A DNA stretch of 24,000 bases from Halalkalibacterium halodurans. Lineage in GTDB: Bacteria; Bacillota; Bacilli; Bacillales; Bacillaceae_D. The position numbers and the translations under genes are program-made. Below the pieces are notes generated by a model. That model made no database searches, was not told the origin of the DNA, and was given only the letters and a program-made list of their open reading frames with translations. Location of the stretch: assembly GCF_004376175.1 (NCBI RefSeq), contig NZ_SNUY01000009.1, positions 4,533-28,532 on the forward strand, read 5' to 3'. Positions 18,432 to 24,000 of the stretch are shown here, piece after piece (position 1 is the stretch's first letter; every line of letters starts with the position of its first letter).

Positions 18432-19301
18432 ATGAGAATGCAAGATTGGGAAATGTTATCGACCTTGTATGACACCACAAATATTACGAAAGCGGCTCAG
18501 CGCCTTTTCTTATCGCAGCCCACCATAACGTCTCGATTGCAAAAATTAGAAAGCTACTACGGTGTGCAGCTTATTATTCGTAAGCAAAGGGGAGTAACGT
18601 TTACACCTGAAGGCGAAAAGTTAGCGTTACACGCAAAAAAAATGCTACTTGAACAACGAAAGATAGAAGAACAATTGCATAATATGAGCGAAGAAGTATC
18701 TGGATCGATTCGGGTGGGCGTGTCCAATTTTTTCGCTCTTAATAAAATGCCAAAATTGCTTCGCCTTTTTAAACAAACGTATCCGAATGTCGAATTTCAA
18801 GTGGTCACTGGTTGGAGCAGCGAAATGCACCGGCTTATTCTCAACCATGATGTGCACATTGCCTTTATAAAAGGGGATTACCTTTGGAATGAAACGAAGC
18901 ATTTGCTTTACGAGGAAGAAATCTGCATTGCAGCGCCGTGGGAATTCACTTGGGAAGATCTCCCCACACTCCCTCGGATTGATTATCATACAGATGAAAA
19001 AATGAAGAGCATCGTCGATCAGTGGTGGTACAACCAGTATAAACAAAAGCCAAACGTTACGATCCAAGTAAATCAAGTCGAAACGTGCAAAGAAATGGTC
19101 ATTCATGGCTTGGGCTACGCCATTATCGCTAACCTTGTTGTCCGTCCGTACCCTGAGCTTATCATTAAACCGCTACACCACCCTTCAGGAAAGCCAATTA
19201 CTCGCAAAACATGGATGTATTATCATAACGACATGTTGCAGTTAAACATCGTGAAAGCATTTGTACAGTTTATTCAATCAATCGATGTAAAAGCACTATA
19301 G
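18432..19301 (+). CDS. LysR-family transcriptional regulator, divergent from the methylcitrate operon
   Basis: N-terminal helix-turn-helix TNITKAAQRLFLSQPTITSRLQKLE plus a LysR substrate-binding fold. ATG 18432 lies after AAAGGGGTG. Confidence 0.85.
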   Translation: MRMQDWEMLSTLYDTTNITKAAQRLFLSQPTITSRLQKLESYYGVQLIIRKQRGVTFTPEGEKLALHAKKMLLEQRKIEEQLHNMSEEVSGSIRVGVSNFFALNKMPKLLRLFKQTYPNVEFQVVTGWSSEMHRLILNHDVHIAFIKGDYLWNETKHLLYEEEICIAAPWEFTWEDLPTLPRIDYHTDEKMKSIVDQWWYNQYKQKPNVTIQVNQVETCKEMVIHGLGYAIIANLVVRPYPELIIKPLHHPSGKPITRKTWMYYHNDMLQLNIVKAFVQFIQSIDVKAL

Positions 19302-19502
19302 CGGAATTGAATGGCAATGAATAACCACTTGTGAAGTGATGGCTAAGTTCATGTGACTTATCACAATCGTCCTTATTTATTTCTTTTTTTAGTACCTATA
19401 GCCATCATCAGGACACCTCCTTCGTTCAATAATAGGCGTGGTGGTGCCTTTAAATTACAAGAAGCCCGGCCTTAGGCAGAGCTTCTCTATCGGGTATATT
19501 AT

Positions 19503-20930
19503 TTATTGATTGATTGGTTTTCCTGCCGATCGTGCCAGCTCCGCCTCTCGGTAAAAGTTCGTAAAATAATCATTCGTCTCGTTTACAATCACTTTCCAGA
19601 GAAGCAATAGGCCGATTAAGTTTGGAATCATCATAAGAGCATTTGCCATATCCGCGAATGCCCAAACAGTGCTAAGATTAGCAACCGTTCCAATTCCGCA
19701 AGCCGCAATGTACACAAGGCGGTAACTTGCAATCCCTTTTGAGCCCACTAAGTATTCAAAGCACTTTTCTCCGTACACATACCAACCGACAATCGTCGAG
19801 AAGCCAAAGAAAATGACAGAGAACGACACAATGTATTCACCGACAATACCGAGAACCGATCCAAAGGCCGCACTCGTAAGGGCTCCGCCTTCCAGTGTGG
19901 CATCATGAGCAACCCCGGAAAGTAGCCCGCCCGACGGATCCCAAAAACCTGTGATCAGAAGGGTTAAGCCTGTCATCGTACAAACGATGATCGTCACGAT
20001 GAACGTACCGGTCATTGCGACAAGCGCCTGTTTCACAGGGTGGTCGGCCCTAGCATTGCCAGCAATTAAAGCCGCAGTTCCTAAACCAGCCTCATTTGAA
20101 AAAATGCCGCGCGCCACTCCATTACGGATGGCCTCTGAGACGACGATTCCGAGGAATCCACCGGCTGCGGCAACCGGGTTAAACGCATAGTAAAAAATAA
20201 GCCCAAACGCTGGAAGGATCATGTCGTAATTTAAAATTAATATGAGCGTAGCTCCTCCCATGTAAAGAAACGCCATAATCGGAACAAAGAAGCTGGCTAC
20301 CGTACTAATTCGTTGAATTCCACCGAACACGATTACACTGACTAAGGCCACCAATAGAACCCCTGTCAGCCAATGGGGCATCGAAAAGCTATTTTTCGTT
20401 ACATCCGCAATCGTATTTGATTGGACGCTGTTCCCAATCCCTAACGCGGCAAATGCACCAAAGAACGCAAAGGCAATTGCCAGCCATTTAAACTTCTGAC
20501 CGAGCCCTCGTTCAATATAATACATCGGACCACTTGAATACTCACCTTTTGCGTTCTTTACCCGGTACTTGACAGCTAAAAGAGCCTCTGCGTACTTTGT
20601 CGCCATTCCGAGTAAGCCGACAATCCACATCCAAAAGATCGCTCCAGGTCCACCGAGTGTAATAGCGGTAGCCACTCCAGCGATGTTCCCGTTTCCGATC
20701 GTAGCCGCAAGCGCTGTCATTAATGCTTTAAAATGACTGACATCTCCTTCAGCTGCAGCATCCTTGCTATCTTCTTTACCAAATCCGATCTTAAAAGCAT
20801 AGAGAAGTCGGCGAAATTGCAATCCTCTTAAGACAATCGTTAAAAATAAGCCTGTCCCAAACAACAATATTAAGCTAGGTGGTCCCCATAACACACCATT
20901 GATTTGCTCTAACATCTTCAAAACATCCAT
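19503..20930 (-). CDS. alanine/glycine:cation symporter (AGCS family, AlsT-like)
   Basis: 475 aa polytopic protein. The opening INGVLWGPPSLILLFGTGLFLT and the overall pattern are typical of sodium:alanine symporters. GGGAGTG ribosome-binding site. Confidence 0.85.
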   Translation of the reverse strand: MDVLKMLEQINGVLWGPPSLILLFGTGLFLTIVLRGLQFRRLLYAFKIGFGKEDSKDAAAEGDVSHFKALMTALAATIGNGNIAGVATAITLGGPGAIFWMWIVGLLGMATKYAEALLAVKYRVKNAKGEYSSGPMYYIERGLGQKFKWLAIAFAFFGAFAALGIGNSVQSNTIADVTKNSFSMPHWLTGVLLVALVSVIVFGGIQRISTVASFFVPIMAFLYMGGATLILILNYDMILPAFGLIFYYAFNPVAAAGGFLGIVVSEAIRNGVARGIFSNEAGLGTAALIAGNARADHPVKQALVAMTGTFIVTIIVCTMTGLTLLITGFWDPSGGLLSGVAHDATLEGGALTSAAFGSVLGIVGEYIVSFSVIFFGFSTIVGWYVYGEKCFEYLVGSKGIASYRLVYIAACGIGTVANLSTVWAFADMANALMMIPNLIGLLLLWKVIVNETNDYFTNFYREAELARSAGKPINQ

Positions 20931-21027
20931 CGTTGTTCACTCCCGCTGAAATAACACCTGATCATGAAGTACACGAGTGTTATTTTACCACAATCACGAT
21001 GTTGTTGATTTGTAGTTAACAACAAAA

Positions 21028-21042
21028 ATGAAAGCGCTTTAT
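21028..21042. promoter_or_regulatory. cre-like box ATGAAAGCGCTTTAT
   Basis: One mismatch to WTGNAANCGNWNNCW. It lies in the intergenic region between the symporter and the aldo/keto reductase. Confidence 0.4.
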
Positions 21043-21186
21043 TTGTAGGTTGTAAACAAATCACTAGAATGACTCGGACCAATTGGATTAAAAAAATGAA
21101 GCGAAAAGAAGGAATCTTCTTGTTTTCTAGCGAATATTAACAAACTCTGCAAACAAACACTCACCACTTTTCGCCGGGTCTCCGTT

Positions 21187-21201
21187 TTGAAAGCGCTTCG
21201 T
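21187..21201. promoter_or_regulatory. cre-like box TTGAAAGCGCTTCGT
   Basis: One mismatch to WTGNAANCGNWNNCW. It lies just upstream of the aldo/keto reductase ORF. Confidence 0.4.
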
Positions 21202-21254
21202 TTAACGGGATGTCATCTACAATTAGAAATTTGAAGGAGGCTTTTGATTCAATC

Positions 21255-22172
21255 ATGAGAACGATTAAACTAGGAAGCAGTTCATTAGAAGTACCTGTTG
21301 TCGCAGTCGGTTGCATGCGGATAAACGCCATCAGCAAAAAAGAGGCTGAACGCTTTGTCCAAACGGCGCTCGAACAAGGAGCAAATTTTTTTGATCATGC
21401 CGATATATACGGTGGCGGGGAATGTGAGGAAATTTTCGCAGATGCGATTCAAATGAACGAGGCCGTTAGGGAAAAGATCATTCTTCAATCCAAGTGCGGC
21501 ATTCGTGAAGGACGATTCGATTTTTCAAAAGATTACATTTTACAATCAGTGGATGGAATCCTTCAACGGTTAAAGACCGATTATTTAGATGTTTTATTGC
21601 TACACCGACCAGATGCTTTAGTCGAGCCGGAAGAGGTAGCAGAAGCGTTCGATCTTCTAGAAAGCTCAGGTAAAGTGCGGCACTTCGGGGTCTCGAACCA
21701 AAACCCGATGCAAATCGAATTGCTAAAAAAGTTTGTGAGGCAACCGATAGTAGCTAACCAGCTTCAATTAAGTATCACTAACGCGACCATGATCTCTAGC
21801 GGAATCAATGTAAACATGGAAAACGAGTCTGCGATTAACCGAGATGGTAGTGTGCTTGATTATTGTCGTCTACACGACGTGACGATACAGCCTTGGTCCC
21901 CGTTCCAATACGGCTTTTTTGAAGGAGTCTTCCTCGGGAATGATTCGTTCCCAGAGCTGAACAAAAAGATTGATGAACTAGCAGAAAAGTATGAGGTGAG
22001 CAATACAACCATTGCGATTGCCTGGCTGCTTCGTCACCCAGCCAACATGCAGCCAGTGATCGGCACGATGAACCTTAAGCGCTTAAAGGATTGCTGCAAG
22101 GCTAGCGAGATCCGACTCACACGCGAAGAATGGTACGAAATTTATCGCGCAGCTGGTAATATTCTTCCATAG
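21255..22172 (+). CDS. aldo/keto reductase family oxidoreductase
   Basis: MRTIKLGSSSLEVPVVAVGCMRI..., then FFDHADIYGGGECEE, LLLHRPD and HFGVSNQ. The start is uncertain. ATG 21255 fits family N-termini but lies 14 nt after GAAGGAGG. The alternative is ATG 21210 (track), which has no good ribosome-binding site. Confidence 0.8.
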   Translation: MRTIKLGSSSLEVPVVAVGCMRINAISKKEAERFVQTALEQGANFFDHADIYGGGECEEIFADAIQMNEAVREKIILQSKCGIREGRFDFSKDYILQSVDGILQRLKTDYLDVLLLHRPDALVEPEEVAEAFDLLESSGKVRHFGVSNQNPMQIELLKKFVRQPIVANQLQLSITNATMISSGINVNMENESAINRDGSVLDYCRLHDVTIQPWSPFQYGFFEGVFLGNDSFPELNKKIDELAEKYEVSNTTIAIAWLLRHPANMQPVIGTMNLKRLKDCCKASEIRLTREEWYEIYRAAGNILP

Positions 22173-22349
22173 GATCAGTTCAGCCGAGCACAGAGCCCCT
22201 GAACGAGCAAGCTTCAAACCGATGATAACGGATGCAGAACGCTCTCGGAAAGTCTTCTAATTTCATTCTGATGGGCTTCTATCCTTCGAAAAATGAGAAA
22301 AAGATAGTGTACTCACGGATGTCGGTAGACTATCTTTTTCTATGTTTAA

Positions 22350-22815
22350 TTGGGCATAAAGAAAATCAGCGTCATTGGCTCCCCATTTACCGGACCATTT
22401 CAGACAATTGATTATGTCTATTACCCGCACAAAGACAATGACGTAGATTCGTCCCCTGTTACAACTCTTCAGGTCCATTCGACCATCCAGCAGCCGCTCC
22501 ATATGGATATCCTCGATACTGGCACTCACACTATTAGGGGAATTGCATGGACTGGCGCAGGTTCGATCACCTCCGTTAAAGTCAGCACAGATCAAGGTCA
22601 CACGTGGAGGGAAGCCTCGATGGAAAGCCACGATCCGAAAGGCTATGCTTGGATTCCGTGGTCAATCGAATGGAACGTATCAAGTAAAAGGGGAATACAC
22701 CATCATGTCGAAGGCGACCGACTCGGCGGGACGCACGCAGCCGGCAGCACCCTTCTGGAACCGAAAAGGCTATGGCTACCACGCAATCGATCAAGTGAAA
22801 GGAAAGGTGGAGTAG
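22350..22815 (+). pseudogene. sulfite-oxidase-family molybdoenzyme remnant: C-terminal (Moco dimerisation) part only, with a +1 frameshift near 22686-22693
   Basis: Frame A reads SPFTGPFQTIDYVYY...IRGIAWTGAGSITSVKVSTDQGHTWREASMES...YAWIPWSIEWNVSSK. Frame B continues GEYTIMSKATDSAGRTQPAAPFWNRKGYGYHAIDQVKGKVE. The N-terminal Mo-binding domain of roughly 200 aa is absent, and stops occur in all frames upstream of 22350. Confidence 0.7.
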
Positions 22816-22835
22816 AAGAACGTCATAAATAAAGG

Positions 22836-22863
22836 AAGGACAGACGCCCGTTCGTCTGTCCTT
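22836..22863 (-). terminator. hairpin terminator after the radical-SAM gene
   Basis: AAGGACAGACG (22836-22846) pairs with CGTCTGTCCTT (22853-22863) around a 6-nt loop. On the minus strand it is followed by CCTTTATTTAT. Confidence 0.65.
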
Positions 22864-22878
22864 TGAGATGAGCTGCTG

Positions 22879-23517
22879 CTAGCCTTGTTCTTTAAACTTC
22901 GTTGGACTTAATTTTTTAAATTCCGTTTTATGAAATAATTCTTCTAACGTTTGTTGAGTTGCCATCCCATTAACAGAGACCAATCCATCTTCAAGTATAC
23001 GAATTTCAATCTTGTTGCTGATGGACGCTATTTGCTGTTCTAGATGTTTATACTTATCCGTTAAAAAATGATAGCGCTGGTTTGATGATCCAGTCCAAGG
23101 CCTGCTTAAATCCAGCTTCTCTTTTACAAAGGGGCCATCAATTAGTAGATCGATAGCTGAAAGGAACAGCTGACAGTCCTCCCTTTGTTTAAGATCCTCA
23201 TACATGTAACCTGAGAAAGACATAACCGTCAGCCCTAAGCTTTTTACCTTTTGTGCAAGCTCTCCTAGCGCCTCGGGTTGGTCAAAGGGCTCCCCGCCCA
23301 GAAAGGTAACGCCCTCAATATCGTGGTTCTCTTTGCTTTCCTTAATCTCATGAAAAAGCTGGTCAATGCTTATGACTTTTCCATTGTCTACTGACCATGT
23401 CCATGGGACTGCACACCCTTCACACCGAATCGAGCATCCTTGAACCCAGAGGCAAAAACGTTTCCCTGGGCCCTCCACTGAGGTTAAAGGTAAATACCGA
23501 TGAATACGTAAATCCAT
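22879..23517 (-). CDS. radical SAM protein, NrdG/PflA-like activating-enzyme fold with a C-terminal extension of about 60 aa
   Basis: VEGPGKRFCLWVQGCSIRCEGCAVPWTW (CxxxCxxC), FLGGEPF, LLIDGPF and WTGSSNQRYHFL parallel conserved NrdG blocks. The ATG overlaps the upstream stop (TAATG). Confidence 0.8.
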   Translation of the reverse strand: MDLRIHRYLPLTSVEGPGKRFCLWVQGCSIRCEGCAVPWTWSVDNGKVISIDQLFHEIKESKENHDIEGVTFLGGEPFDQPEALGELAQKVKSLGLTVMSFSGYMYEDLKQREDCQLFLSAIDLLIDGPFVKEKLDLSRPWTGSSNQRYHFLTDKYKHLEQQIASISNKIEIRILEDGLVSVNGMATQQTLEELFHKTEFKKLSPTKFKEQG

Positions 23518-24000
23518 TAGAAATCCAAGACTCTCCCCGCTGGCGCCTTGTTCGGTTCACGAGTTCCTTCTCCTTCGTTGAGCTTTCCGTTACTAGGAAA
23601 CGACAGATGAGGCCTAATCTTTTCTGCAAGGTGTGGCTTAATCGAAAGAACCTCAACAAAATGATCAAAAGACTTGAAAGAGCCCACATCATTTCGAGCG
23701 GAGATGATTCGGCGCGCATACAAGCTGCCAATAGCAGGAATTCTTGCAAGTTCCGCTTCCGACGCGATGTTAATATTTACAGAAGAACGCTCATTCAAAC
23801 GTTCCTCAACCTCACCTTTCTCTATAGGTGCGTTGGCTTTCATATTTGGTCGAGGTGATTCTACTTGGTTAATCGCGTGATGTGCCGTAAGCTTTTGTTT
23901 CGTTTCTGTAGCTACCCTTTTCTTTAAGTGGTCATATTTTGACGACCCCATGGCTTCCAATCGAATTAAGTACTCTGGGCGAATTATGAACGCATGGACA
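23517..24000 (-). CDS. protein with a C-terminal ComEA-type helix-hairpin-helix DNA-binding domain (N-terminus probably outside the window)
   Basis: VNINIASEAELARIPAIGSLYARRIISARNDVGSFKSFDHFVEVLSIKPHLAEKIRPHL matches the ComEA HhH_3 pattern. The frame stays open to base 24000 (VHAFIIRPEYLIRLEAMGSS...), and the in-window TTG/ATG starts lack a convincing ribosome-binding site. Confidence 0.65.
   Translation of the reverse strand, partial: VHAFIIRPEYLIRLEAMGSSKYDHLKKRVATETKQKLTAHHAINQVESPRPNMKANAPIEKGEVEERLNERSSVNINIASEAELARIPAIGSLYARRIISARNDVGSFKSFDHFVEVLSIKPHLAEKIRPHLSFPSNGKLNEGEGTREPNKAPAGRVLDF

Noticed and set aside
19351-19366. TGTGA-CTTA-TCACA palindrome resembling the Bce regulator box or a CRP-type site
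   Set aside because: The half-site spacing (N4 between TGTGA and TCACA) differs from the box at 3241-3260 (N8) and from the CRP N6 spacing. It lies in a convergent 3' gap with no promoter to regulate.
21096-21140. 14-codon plus-strand ORF MKRKEGIFLFSSEY upstream of the aldo/keto reductase
   Set aside because: It has no convincing ribosome-binding site, and its length and composition are compatible with chance in AT-rich intergenic DNA.
20931-21209. Possible glycine or amino-acid riboswitch, or attenuator, in the alanine symporter leader, including the 9-bp hairpin AAATAACAC/GTGTTATTT at about 20950-20987
   Set aside because: Reading the minus strand, I found none of the conserved glycine-riboswitch blocks (GGAGAG...ACCGAAGGGGCAA) and no T-box features. 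The hairpin lacks a U-run, and the best -10 candidate would start transcription inside it.
22263-22631. 122-aa minus-strand ORF, together with 22582..22794, antisense to the molybdoenzyme remnant
   Set aside because: The plus-strand frames carry clear sulfite-oxidase-family motifs. The antisense ORFs have no motif or ribosome-binding site and are explained as shadow ORFs.
23397-23880. Plus-strand ORFs 23397..23858 and 23674..23880, and minus-strand ORF 23420..23749, overlapping the radical-SAM and HhH genes
   Set aside because: They are out of frame with, or antisense to, ORFs that carry strong domain signatures, and they have no supporting signals.
1-24000. CRISPR arrays, IS elements or transposases, integrases, tRNA/rRNA genes, toxin-antitoxin pairs
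   Set aside because: I looked for direct-repeat arrays, terminal inverted repeats, and transposase or integrase-like ORFs on both strands and saw none. The only repeats found are short regulatory palindromes and terminator hairpins.

Overview
This looks like a chromosomal segment from a Bacillaceae-type Firmicute, judged by AGGAGG-type ribosome-binding sites, cre-like boxes and Bacillus-style operons. Coding density is high, and I saw no mobile element, CRISPR array, rRNA or tRNA. Gene content in order:
- The 3' end of a BioH-like esterase gene, then bioC.
- A small membrane-anchored protein.
- A complete Bce-type peptide-antibiotic sensing and detoxification module (response regulator, intramembrane-sensing kinase, ABC ATPase, FtsX-type permease) with a clear palindromic regulator box.
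- A double-Cache methyl-accepting chemotaxis protein (MCP) gene split by a frameshift.
- A minus-strand PTS operon ordered like B. subtilis gmuBACDR-F (IIB-IIA-IIC, GH1 phospho-beta-glycosidase, GntR regulator, mannose-6-P isomerase), but without the fructokinase gene.
- A decayed spacer holding a truncated TetR gene and fragments of a small membrane protein gene.
- A methylcitrate-cycle operon with a divergent LysR regulator.
- An alanine:cation symporter and an aldo/keto reductase.
- A truncated, frameshifted sulfite-oxidase-family remnant.
- At the window edge, an NrdG-like radical-SAM activase translationally coupled to a protein ending in a ComEA-type helix-hairpin-helix (HhH) DNA-binding domain.

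The last pair is the least explained element, but it is cut off by the window. Most of the rest is ordinary metabolism plus several gene-decay or assembly-error signals.
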